A stretch of 62,891 nucleotides of DNA, filler included, from Reclinomonas americana ATCC 50394 (lineage: Eukaryota), in NCBI GenBank assembly GCA_048213135.1. It is 5 parts of 3 records of this genome, joined end to end, with 100 filler letters (N's around TTAATTAATTAA, not from the genome) between each part and the next. Parts side by side here need not be neighbours in the genome. Positions count along the whole stretch, not along the records: positions 20,825 to 43,494 come from PS015442.1; positions 43,595 to 53,205 come from PS015443.1; 3 more parts are not named here. One strand, 5' to 3'. Below the pieces are notes generated by a model. The model was not told the DNA's origin. It made no database searches and saw only the letters and a list, made by a program, of their open reading frames with translations. Each line of letters begins with the position of its first letter. Position 1 is the stretch's first letter. This document shows, one piece after another, positions 37,688-49,277 of this stretch. The position numbers were made by a program, and so were the translations under genes.

Positions 37688-40600
37688 ATGGCGTCGTCGG
37701 CTGCTGACCAGCGCGCGACGCGCAAGGTCATGGAGAAGAGCGAGTATGTTCGCGGCCCGTGGTCGGTCGAAGAGGTGTGTCCCTCTCTGCTGTCTCTCTC
37801 TGTGTGTGTGCGCGAAATGGCGGCTCTCGCTGTCGAAGCACGGGCACTTTTTTTTTGTTGTGGCGGAAAGGAACCGGTACAACACGCACTCTCCCGATTT
37901 GTGCCCACACACTCTCTCCTCTGTGCACACACACACGCACGCTCTCTCCGCTGTCTGTCTGTATGCGTGTACGTGCGCGGGTTCGGGTTGTTGTTGTTGT
38001 TGCTGTTGGCGCGCGATGCTCTCTTGCTGAACGCCACGCCCCCCCTCCTCCTCTCTCTCAACGCACGCACACTCTGTCTGTCTCTCTCTGCGCCTCTGTC
38101 TCTCCATATCTCTCTCTGTCTGTGCATCACTTGTCGGTTTGACGGCTGATTTGTGTGTGCGTGCACAGGATCAAATGCTGCGCGACTTGGTGGAGAAAAT
38201 GGGACCGAAGCGATGGTCGCGCATCGCACAGACGATGCCGGGGCGCATTGGAAAACAGTGTCGAGAGAGGTTTGTTTGATTTTTCTTTTTTCTGCTCGTA
38301 CATACATGGGCATGATTGTGTTGTGTGTGCGCATGTCACCCGTTGCGATCTGTGTCATTTCTCGTCGCTCTCTCTCTTTCTCTCTCCGTCCCTCCGAGTG
38401 TCGGAGGAAAGGGGTGTTTGTGATGCCAGCATCGCAGTGGGCGAGAATTAGTCCCTCGACCTCTGTTTCGCCCGAGACAGGCGTTTGCTCACGCACACAC
38501 ACGTTCACAGATGGTACAATCACTTGTGCCCTGGTGTGCGAAAGACCGAGTGGACAGACGAGGAAGATGCTCGGATTCTGGATGCACACCAGCGACTTGG
38601 AAACGGTGCGTTGTGGTCGAATCGTTGGATTTGTGTGCCACACGTGCCAGAATGTGAATCGCTCATGGGGTCCATTGTGCTTGCAGCGTGGTCGCAAATC
38701 GCACGAGCGCTGCCCGGACGCACAGCCAATGCTGTGAAGAATCGCTGGCACTCCACCCTGCGGAAACGTATCAATGGTGGAGTCGATGGGCCGCCGAGCC
38801 CCACCATGTATGGATCGGCGCCGCACTCGATGGCGCCCGACATGCTGCTGATGAGCGCCAATGCCGTCCCCATGGATCTCACACTCGGCGCGAATCGCAA
38901 GCGGCGGTGCGAGTACACGCTGCCGTCTAGCCCCAGTAATCTCATGAGGAGTGTCGCCAAGTCGTTCCAACAGCGCAAGAATCGCAAGCGCGGTGCGTCT
39001 CTCCAGGACTTGCCTGGCAATCATGTGTGTATTCTGACGTTGAGCTGTAGGCGGTATGGAAGACGACGATGACGAAGACGACGATGACGACGACGATGAC
39101 GAGACTGACTCATCGTACCCGATGACCACGTCCATCTCCACGGGGCCTTCCACACCTGCACCACCGCCGATGTTTGACGACGCGGGAGAGACTGGTACGT
39201 GTGCATGCGCTGACTACTCACTGCTCATTTTCGTCACTCATTGTGCTGTGCAGCGAGGAAGCGACCACGAACCAATGCCCACCAGCCGAATTTGGGAGAG
39301 GAGTTTTCACGCAGTGCGCCTGGTTTCGATTTTGCCGAGTTCCAGCATACCATGGCCAAGAACCACGCTGCTGCAATGCAACAGTGGGGGGGAATGATGC
39401 CGCCCGGTCAGGTCAGTCGCCTCACCTCGGCTGTCCTTCTCTTGCGCACAATCCGACTCACCACGTATCTCCTCGCAGCCTTCGTACGCCCCAATTCCTC
39501 TCATGTATGGCGGCCCAGTGCCTGCCATGCCCTACGGCGCCGTGCCCATGGGTGTCGCTGGTGGTCCACCACTGCCACCACCGCCACCACCACCGCCAGT
39601 CGCAAGCATGGGATTGCCGCCACCACCGCCTCCGCCCCCACCAGGGTCGCTCATGTCGGCGCCGATGATTCCGCCCGCTGGCATGCAAGCTTCGCTACCG
39701 CCGCCACCACCACCACCACCACCAACACAACAACACATGGCGAGCATGCCGACGCAGGGTGTGCCCATGATTCCCGCCGCAGGTTCACAGCCACCAACTG
39801 CCAGCATCGCCGCGACAGCAGCGTCAACAGCAGCAGCAGCATCAAAACCTGGCCATCTGTTTGGCGCACCTGTACCCAATCCGTTCAAGTCTGGCGAGCC
39901 CATGTTGCGTTTTCCCCGCTGCTGCTGCTGTGACTTGTCCACTTCCCTCACTTCGTTATCCTCCTCCCTTTCGTGCAGTCAACTTGCGGCTTCGCGTGTA
40001 TTTGGCTCGTTCCGATCTCTGCGCAACTCGCTGTTCCTGCCACCGACTGCCACAGAGAGCAATCAAAAGGGCAAGACGGGTGACGATGCCCGCGGCGAAC
40101 TGCCGCTGCCAGAGGACGCGGACCGTGTCAAGTGCGACAATGGCCGCAATGTCTCCATCTACGAGTACTGGAGGTACCGAGACTGCACACCGGCACTGGA
40201 TCAAGTTGCGCAACTCTCTCGTGTGAACTGCTGCAGAATGCTGGTGATGCTCACACGCACACGCACGCGCACAGCTTGGTCTCGACATGAGGTTCGTCGA
40301 GTCCAACATCACTCGGTCGCTGGAGGAGGCGGCGGTGGAGGAGGAGGAAGAGGAGAGCAGCGGGTCGGCGCAGGCACCAGATGAGGCAGCCACAATAATC
40401 TCCAAGAGGCAACGTCCATCGCTGACCGTGCAACTCGACGGCATCAAGACAGAACCGCAGCATGACAATGTCGGCAGCGTTGCTGAGCCGTCGGAGCGCC
40501 GTGTGGACGAGGATGTGATTGGAGACTCGGAGGAGCCGGTGAGTGCCGATCACGCCGTCGCTCTTTATTTTTTATGGGCGTCATTCTCACTAGCATGGTG

Positions 40601-41810
40601 GGCGCGGCGCAGAAATTCCAGTACGACTTCCGTCGCACATCGATTCATGGCACGTCGTTGCCGCGCATGCCTGTGCCGCCACCACTGGTTCGGCAGATGA
40701 GTCGCACCGGCTCAACCAAGGATGTGGCATTGTTTGGCGACCAGGGGTCAATTTTGGTGGAGCTGGACGACGGCCTGAACTTCCCGTGCGTTGATTTTCT
40801 CTGTGTGTTTCAGCCCTGTTTTCCGTTCTCGAGGCTGACGATGTGTGCGACTGTCATATAGTGGCTTCCCGGTATCGGGTGCGAACCGCGGATACCTGTT
40901 GGAGCTCATGTCACCACTCATTTCGCCAGCTTGTGCTCGTGGTTGTGCGTCACCCGCCCCTGGCCTGCTGTCGCACATTCATGCACCGCCACCACTGCAT
41001 CGGGATACGTCGCTGGACTCGTTGGGATGCTTGCAAACGGCCTTCTCGAACGGATCCATGCGTGGCCTGCTGGCTGGTGCGCAGGGCCACTCGGACCGCA
41101 GCATCTCTGCGTTCTTCCAGCAGCCGGCTGCCCCGCGACTGGGCTCGAACAGCCAGTTGGGAGGAGGCAGCAAGGATGTTTCAATGACACAGTTGAGACC
41201 GGCGGCCGCTGCTGCCGCTGCTGCGGCGTCTAGTGCCGCTGGCCACGCCGCTACCGCTGCCGCCTCTGCTGTTTCCGCAGCCGCCACCACCACCACCACC
41301 ACTGCTTCGTCGTCATCGTCATCGTCCTCATCATCCACTGGCACTACCGCCAATGGCGCGGTGCCGATGGTGGTGTCATCGGCAGCAGCGCCTGCACCGA
41401 CCGGCAGCTCATCGCTGCTGGGCACTCGCAATGCGCCACTGTCGCCGGCCAGCAAGGAGAATGCCATTGACCGGTTACTGGAGGACATTTCGGAGGAGAG
41501 CGAGTCCGGTGGCGTCTTCACTTCGCTGAAGCGCAACGGCTCACTCGGCGTGATGTCGCGCAATCGATCACTGGGAGCCCTGAGCTCGATGACATTTTCT
41601 TCCACGGAAGGACAGGTCATGTGTGACGATTCGGTGCCGTCGTCGTCGCCGTTTCCGCAAAACGGTTCCCCCGTCCGCGACGACTCGATGAGGTGAGGTT
41701 GAGCATGTACGCACGCGCGCGTAGCATTCATTGTATGCGTGTGTGCTGACCACGTGTTCTCCGTGTGCATCTGCAGCAGAGTAGTCGCCTCGGGCATCAC
41801 TCGTGCGTGA
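37688..41810 (+). CDS. R2R3-type Myb transcription factor with acidic and Pro-rich regions
   Basis: [93 protein letters not shown]. About 12 exons in phase. Confidence 0.92.
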
Positions 41811-42194
41811 GATACATTGACGACGACGAGGGTGGCAGGTCACCAGTGACGGTGGTCTCTTGTATGTAATTCGGGATGTTTTTTGGCATACATGGTGTTC
41901 ATATGATGCGTGAGTGCCGCGTTGAAGGGAGACAGGAGTGTGTGTGTGAGAGAGAGGTTGTGTTTTGCATGAATATCAGAGTTGTTTTTGGTTTGTTTGG
42001 GTTTTTTTGGTGTCTTGTGCGTATGTGTGACATTCTCTGTGTGTATGAGTGGTTAGATGAGGGGTGTGCAAGTGGACCTTGCGTCGCTGAGCGAGTGGGA
42101 GGCGACAAGGGGTTCCGAATTCGGCCAACAGCGACAAACAATGAATCGTTTGTGTTGCATGCACGTGTGTCCCTTGTCCTCCCCCCACAACTGA

Positions 42195-43006
42195 ATGGGT
42201 TGCAAGTGGTCGCGCTCGCGGCGCCCCACACGCCCCGCCCGACCTGCACGGTCACAACAGCGCCTCCTCTGCGTATGCCTGCTCGATCAAGTTGCGTGAC
42301 CCGAGCCGGCCGTGCAGCTGTGCAGCTGTGTGATTCACCACCACCACCACCACCACCACCACCAACAGAGTGGTGAAGTGGTGGCCAGTCACGCCCCTCC
42401 ATCTGTGGTGCCTGCACACTTGCAGCTGCTGCACGGAAGACTGGCCACACTGGCCACAGCACACTTGCGACAGCGCACATCACATCGCCTTCGCCATCGT
42501 GAAGAGGACGATGATCTCGATGAGGCCAGCTGTGTTCTGGCGATCGCACACGACGCCAAGTCGTTTTACGCCGTCTCCACACCCGTGGACGTGGTAGCAG
42601 GTCCCGGAAGCAAGTGGCCACAGCGTGTAATGGCTGCATGCGCCACGCAAGGCGTTTCCGCGACGCATCGCGAGCTGGCCGAGTTCGTGGTGCGACAAGT
42701 GGTCTCGGAGCGCGCGTCGCACGTGAGCAACGCCGCAGCGAGTGAGTGGAGCACGTATGTGCGACTCGCACACCGTGTGCTGGAGACTGTGGCGGTGCGT
42801 GGCGCCGTTCTCCTCGTTTCACTCAGTGACCCGACCCGTGTAGCGTGCAGAACGAAGGCTCCAGCGTGGCCACCGAGGACATCCTGCTCGGCGAGCTGTC
42901 CCGCATGGAGAGCAAGTCGCGCACACGCGCGCAGCAGCTGCTTGCCAAAGCAGAGGCCGCGGCTCGGGCCACCGGTCGCCTTGCACCGGCCTCGTCATCG
43001 ATCTAG
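42195..43006 (+). CDS. Hypothetical protein with an MGC N-terminus (possible myristoylation/palmitoylation) and a poly-His tract
   Basis: 3 exons with GTATG donors at 42273 and 42755: MGCKWSRS...CVIHHHHHHHHHQQ...; TAG at 43004-43006. Confidence 0.6.
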
Positions 43007-43196
43007 CCCGCTGCTGAGATTGTTCCGATCGTCACGTGGTCTCAAGACGAGCTCGTCTCGTCATCGCCACCTGTGCTGAGGGACCCAAGCCATGAGTCGC
43101 CACCGCAGCAGCAACGACGTGCCGGGGAGGCAGGGAGACGACCGACCAACGAACGACCAAGTAAAGAAAACCAACCTCGATTCGTTTTTCTTGTCT

Positions 43197-43405
43197 ATGA
43201 GTTCACGAAGCTGGCGCGGCATCACGAGCATCGTGGTGGTGTGTCTGGCGCTGTGTGCGCTGGCTGTGGTGGCGGAAGACAATGGGCTGGCACGACTGCC
43301 GTACATGGTGAGCTGCAACGATGTGTGTGTGTGTGTGTGTGCACATTGATGCACTATGCTGATGATGCGTGCACACAGGGCTGGAACAGCTGGTGTGTGT
43401 GTGTG

Positions 43406-43440
<35 letters not shown>

Positions 43441-43494
43441 GTGAGTGCACTGAGTGTGTACGCGCGTGTGTAGGTCCACGGATGACATTGCAGG
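43197..43494 (+). CDS. Glycoside hydrolase family 27 (alpha-galactosidase-like), 5' fragment
   Basis: Signal peptide, then DNGLARLPYM|GWNSW (14-nt exon at 43379-43392). Truncated at scaffold end. Confidence 0.85.
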
Positions 43495-43593
43495 NNNNNN
43501 NNNNNNNNNNNNNNNNNNNNNNNNNNNNNNNNNNNNNNTTAATTAATTAANNNNNNNNNNNNNNNNNNNNNNNNNNNNNNNNNNNNNNNNNNN

Positions 43594-44686
43594 NCGCACT
43601 GCTGCCGCACCTCGGACTCGCTCGTGATGTGACCACCATGTCGGTACGTGTTCGTTCATGCCGTGTGCTTCGCGATCGATGCAGGCGGCTGAGATTGCAT
43701 GCGACAGGTGCACGAGGTTCGCGACATTCTCGCCGCCCTGCAGCACATGGACGACGGCATCAACTCCATCTACATGAATGCAATTGGCATTGACCTGGCC
43801 GCTTGTGCGTACGTTTTCGTAGTTTGTCGTCGTCTCACCTACTCATCCCATGATGGCTGCACGTGCCGACAGCATGTGCCTGGCTGCGCGATCCCTCTCT
43901 CGATCGTCTCCTCTGTACGGTGCTGGCCGGTGTCCCCGTGCGTGCCCGCCGTGTGGGCGATCGACGAGCTCACCGTGGCGGTGGCGGCGGTCACAGCCAC
44001 CATCAGTCCATGCCAGCAAAGCGGGTGAGTGTCTGTTGTCATACTCTCTTTGCCGTACTCTGCGCTTCTCAACACAATGGCCCGACAGTTTGCCGACGTC
44101 ACCACGACGGCGGCGGCCACTCCCACCGATACCGATTTTGCGCTGTCGTCCATGTCTGCCAGCGATGTGCTGGCTCATCACGACAGTTCTCCAGAGATGC
44201 GAGTGCGCACTGGGCCCGGACGGTACGCCTCGTTCTCGTCGCGCCTCGCCGCAACAGTTGCGTGATTCGAAACGCGGTCGGTGCTACCACTTGCTGAGTT
44301 GTTGTCTTGTGGGAACAGCCGGTCGACGAGATCGCACCCGAGGAGGAATCAGATGCCACGCAGCGGAGCACCACTGTGCGCTCGCTCTTCTCCGACACGA
44401 CCGCCACCCCGCTTACCGCAGTGTCACGGTACACGGCCGAAGATGTGGAGTTGGCAGCCTTTCATGCGGCACAAGAGCGTTTCGTCTCCGACATGCATTG
44501 CAGCCCGGCGACAACCACGACAGTGTCCACTAATTTCCCTCGAACAGAGAGACGCAATCTCGGCTCCGTGGCCACTCAGCTGATGGAACAACTGAAACAG
44601 CGTGACAAGACCATCTTGGATCTGAGCGACGAAAACAGACGGCTGCGCGAGGAAGTGGCACATTTGCGCGCCCGCCTCCACTCATA
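43594..44686 (+). CDS. Hypothetical protein, 3' fragment with C-terminal coiled coil
   Basis: Exons VHEVRDILAALQHM..., ...SSRLAAT|PVDEIAPEEE...QLKQRDKTILDLSDENRRLREEVAHLRARLHS*. Confidence 0.6.
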
Positions 44687-44775
44687 GCACACCCCCGGAA
44701 CTATAGTCACAANNNNNNNNNNNNNNNNNNNNTGCCTGTCGCGGCTGGCTGACGTGCATTATTATTTTGATGTAG

Positions 44776-45028
44776 GCGGCTCGTCTGGCCGAGATTAGGC
44801 GACAGGAGAGCGAGATTCTGGACGTGCGCGCTGCGCCACTCCGTCGGTACCTCATGGAGAATGTGATGCCGACATTGACTCGCGGCTTGATGAATGTGTG
44901 CAAAGTACGGCCCGGTGATCCCATCGACTACCTGGTGCGTCTTGCTCCATGTGTGGGTCTGCCCTGCGCAATCACTCACTGTTTGGTGCTCACAGGCGGA
45001 GTACTTGTTCCACAATTCGGCCATGTAA
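44776..45028 (+). CDS. AK7: Adenylate kinase 7, last two exons (Dpy-30 motif)
   Basis: EILDVRAAPLRRYLMENVMPTLTRGLMNVCKVRPGDPIDYL|AEYLF..*. Confidence 0.85.
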
Positions 45029-45547
45029 AGTCGCAACTCTTGTTGGAGGAGCGAAACGAGACAGGAGTTTAGCAAAAAAGTACAATACCATGCCTGTGAT
45101 TATTATCGAATTCCGCATTATGCACGATGATGATATTAGTTAGTTACGTGTTGNNNNNNNNNNNNNNNNNNNNNNNNNNNNNNNNNNNNNNNNNNNNNNN
45201 NNNNNNNNNNNNNNNNNNNNNNNNNNNNNNNNNNNNNNNNNNNNNNNNNNNNNNNNNNNNNNNNNNNNNNNNNNNNNNNNNNNNNNNNNNNNNNNNNNNN
45301 NNNNNNNNNNNNNNNNNNNNNNNNNNNNNNNNNNNNNNNNNNNNNNNNNNNNNNNNNNNNNNNNNNNNNNNNNNNNNNNNNNNNNNNNNNNNNNNNNNNN
45401 NNNNNNNNNNNNNNNNNNNNNNNNNNNNNNNNNNNNNNNNNNNNNNNNNNNNNNNNNNNNNNNNNNNNNNNNNNNNNNNNNNNNNNNNNNTTTCTCCTTC
45501 CTTCCCTCCCTCCTGTAACGCTGACTGGTTCTTCCTTCCGTTTGCAG

Positions 45548-47306
45548 GCGTGGCACCAGCAGCCACCGCATGTGCCCGTGTTCGGCAAGGGCAACAATGT
45601 GGTGCCGCTGATTCACATCAACGACCTGTGCCAGATTCTGTACAATGTGGCGGTGAATAAGCCCGAGCGCAGCTACATTCTGGCGGTGGACGACGGCAAC
45701 TGCACACTGCGTCAGATTGCCAAGGTGAAGAGAGTCTCTCACACTCCTCTCCCCCCCTCGTGCGTCCGTGCATGCTCATTGCGTTGCGGCAGACCATCTC
45801 GACGCACCTGACCACCGGCGACGTGGTGCACCTGAACGAAGACGAGTTTGCACTGTTCCCGAACTTTGAGTTCTTCCTGGTGAACCTGCGTTTCGAGACG
45901 GGAGTGGCCAAGGAGTTCGAGTTTGAGTGGACATCGCAAGAGGGATTTGCGGAGAATGCGGAGAAGATCATGAGCGAGTACCGCAAGGCGCGTACCATTC
46001 AGCCAGTGCGCATTGTGGTGGCGGGTCCACCGGCCGCCGGCAAGAGTCTAGTCAGCGAGCGCATTGCGAAGAACTACAAGCTGCCGCACCTGAAGACCAG
46101 CGAGGTCATTGCCGAGTATGTCGGCCAGAAGCAGTGGCTGGAGGAGCAGGAGGCGAAGATCGCCGCCGAGCAAAAGGCCAAGGAGGAGCGCGAGGCCAAG
46201 ATTGCCGAGCTCGGTTAGTTCGCGAACTTGTAGCTGTGCTGGAGGCTAGAGAACAGTTTGCTCATTGACTGGACTGTGCAGAGGAAAAGGAGGAACCGGT
46301 TCCCGACGACCTGCGCAACCCGCCCGGCCTTCTCACCGAGGACGAGGAGGCGGCGCGACAGGAGAAGATGGATGCCATTCGCGAGGCTCTCGAGGCACTC
46401 AACGAGCTGAAGGAGGAGGGCAGCGGCCGGTTCGTTTTCAATTTGCACAGAGCCGCACTGCAAATCCCACTCCTGTTGGTACTGACCATCCTCCTCCTCG
46501 CCCAGGTTCACGGACGAGGGTCTGACAAAGATCTTCCGGTGGAAGTTGGGTCAGAAGACATGCCTGAATCAGGGCTTTGTACTCGACGGATACCCGCGGA
46601 CACTGCGACAGGCACGACTGCTGTTCGCTCTTGGTGAGCTCTTTTCTCTTTTCTTCTTCTTCTCCTGTACCCGGTTGCTAACCGGATCCGTGCGACAGAG
46701 GGCGAGGATGGAGACGAGGCCACTGGCCCACCCGCCGATCCAGAGCGTTTGCCCGAGTTTGTGCTGACCGTCACGGTTTGTGTGTGGTCTCGTGGTGCTG
46801 TGACCGTTTCCTAGCAAACTCACTCTTGGTTTGGTTACACAGGCGCCATTGGATGTGCTCAAGGGCCGTCTGTTGAGGTTGCCGGAGGCAAACGTTGTCG
46901 GCACGCACAACACCGAGGCCGGCTTCAACCGCCGCTACGAGCACTACCAGCAGAACGCCACCCCCGACAAGACGATGATTACGTACTTTGAGGAGAACGA
47001 GTGCGTGACGCGTGCAGTCGAGTCCAAGGAGGGCAATGTGGAGGAGATGCTGGCAGCAGTCGTCGACAAGGTGGGCGCCCCGCGTAACTACGGTCTCACC
47101 CCCGACGAGGTCGCGCGTGTGGAGCAGGAGGAACGACTGCGGCAGGTGTGTTGAGGGTTCCGTCTTCTTGTCGTCCGTCCATCCATAGGCTGACGTGCTT
47201 TGTGTTGCAGCGTGCCGAGGAGCAGAAGCGCGAGGCAGAACGAGCCGCGCTGGGCGACAAGGAGCGCGAAGAGTACCAACGGCGAGAGATGCGCGAGGCC
47301 GAAGAT
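45548..47306 (+). CDS. AK7: Adenylate kinase 7, central exons (kinase domain)
   Basis: PVFGKGNNVVPLIHINDL, P-loop GPPAAGKS, CLNQGFVLDGYPRT, GTHNTEAGFNRR, GAPRNYG. Confidence 0.9.
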
Positions 47307-48004
47307 GTTGCGTTTTTTTGGGGGGCGAGTGCTCGATTGTGTANNNNNNNNNNNNNNNNNNNNNNNNNNNNNNNNNNNNNNNNNNNNNNNNNNNNNNNNN
47401 NNNNNNNNNNNNNNNNNNNNNNNNNNNNNNNNNNNNNNNNNNNNNNNNNNNNNNNNNNNNNNNNNNNNNNNNNNNNNNNNNNNNNNNNNNNNNNNNNNNN
47501 NNNNNNNNNNNNNNNNNNNNNNNNNNNNNNNNNNNNNNNNNNNNNNNNNNNNNNNNNNNNNNNNNNNNNNNNNNNNNNNNNNNNNNNNNNNNNNNNNNNN
47601 NNNNNNNNNNNNNNNNNNNNNNNNNNNNNNNNNNNNNNNNNNNNNNNNNNNNNNNNNNNNNNNNNNNNNNNNNNNNNNNNNNNNNNNNNNNNNNNNNNNN
47701 NNNNNNNNNNNNNNNNNNNNNNNNNNNNNNNNNNNNNNNNNNNNNNNNNNNNNNNNNNNNNNNNNNNNNNNNNNNNNNNNNNNNNNNNNNNNNNNNNNNN
47801 NNNNNNNNNNNNNNNNNNNNNNNNNNNNNNNNNNNNNNNNNNNNNNNNNNNNNNNNNNNNNNNNNNNNNNNNNNNNNNNNNNNNNNNNNNNNNNNNNNNN
47901 NNNNNNNNNNNNNNNNNNNNNNNNNNNNNNNNNNNNNNNNNNNNNNNNNNNNNNNNNNNNNNNNNNNNNNNNNGAGAGAGAGAGCGAATCATGCGACCAC
48001 GCAC

Positions 48005-48860
48005 CGACTTGAACAGCGGATGCAGCCAGTCCTCGCCGAGGCCATACGGAATACCCGTGTGAACGACATGCGAGCGCACATTGTCGCGACGCGGGCGCTT
48101 GTGCACCAGCTTCTCAATCTGCGAGCATGGAGAGACAAAGAGAGAGCTCAGTGGGACAGGCTGCGTAAACAAAATAACACGGCAACCGAGACACACACGC
48201 AACATCGACAATGTGCTGGTAGGCGGGATTGGTGCGGCGCTTCACCGCCAGATCCTCCGTGAACGTCTCGTCAGGGTTGTCGGGATCACGAGGCACACGA
48301 TCCCACGACATGACACTGCTGCGCACAATCAGCGTCTTGTGATCCATGAACTCGGCGTTGCGCAAGACTGTGTCCCACATGAGAAAAACTGATTTGAGAT
48401 CGCCACAAACACACACTTTATCCAACGCAACAGTTGACGCATTTCAGCGTCTCCTCTGGCCTCTCCAGCACATCATAGATGATAATGTTGGCCTCCAGCC
48501 ACGCCGCCCACAGCGCCTCGTCACTGCTTCCATCCTACACGCACACAAAACAAACCAGATGAACATGGTGTTCAACTCACTCTCTCCTCAGTCACAAGTC
48601 AACGCAACAATGAAACGCGTCACATGCGACAGCACACTGGGACTTCCAGAGCCCGCAGGCGCAGCATCAGAGGACGACGAACCAGCCGCAGCCGCAACAG
48701 CCGCAGCAGCCGCCTCCATCACAGCCGCAGTGGGCGGTGCCGTGGCCAGCGACTCGACATTGACCGTGCCAAACACCTCAATGCCCTGGTCCGCCAGCAG
48801 CTTGCTCAAGTGCCGACCCAGAAACGTGTCACACGGCGACAAAAACGCTTTCTTCACCAT
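48005..48860 (-). CDS. AK7: Adenylate kinase 7, N-terminal exons (NAD-binding-like domain) on an inverted contig
   Basis: MVKKAFLSPCDTFLGRHLSK, IIIYDV, SSVMSW, FTEDLAVKRRTNPAY, GIPYGLGEDWLHPLFKS. The phase-0 donor fits the AWHQ.. acceptor at 45548. Confidence 0.85.
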
Positions 48861-49277
48861 CACTGGGAAAAGAGAAGAGAGAAGAAAGAAGGGTAAGAAA
48901 GCAAACAACACAGATGCAAGAAAGAATGAGAGGAGAAGGGAGGGAGAGGAGAATGGAGGGAGAGGAGAAGGGAGGGAGAGGAGAAGGTGAGGGAGAGGAG
49001 AAGGGATGAGAGGAGAAGGGGCGAGAGGAGAAGGGAGAGAGAGGAGAAGGGATGAGAGGGAGACTGAACAAAGATTGAGAGAAGAAGCGCTCTTGTCGAA
49101 GCATGCAGCGGTCAACGAGAGACGTGTGTGTGTGTGTGCGACTGTGTGTGCAAGTGAGAGAGGCTGAACGCACTCACCGACAACCCTGCGCAGAAACAAC
49201 GGCTGAGGCCAATACGGCTCGCGCCTGTGTCATCTGTCCGTCCCGCCAATTTCCACAGAGAGAGAGCTGCGCGGGCA

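Noticed and set aside
37057..39153. 698-aa minus-strand ORF, and other long antisense or N-spanning ORFs in the track
   Set aside because: Shadow ORFs in GC-rich sequence or read-through of Ns. Only the PEX4 first exon within this one is supported.
40539..40593. Apparent GG-AG intron in the Myb gene
   Set aside because: Resolved as canonical GTGAGT...GCGCAG using the downstream acceptor at 40612, in phase 0.
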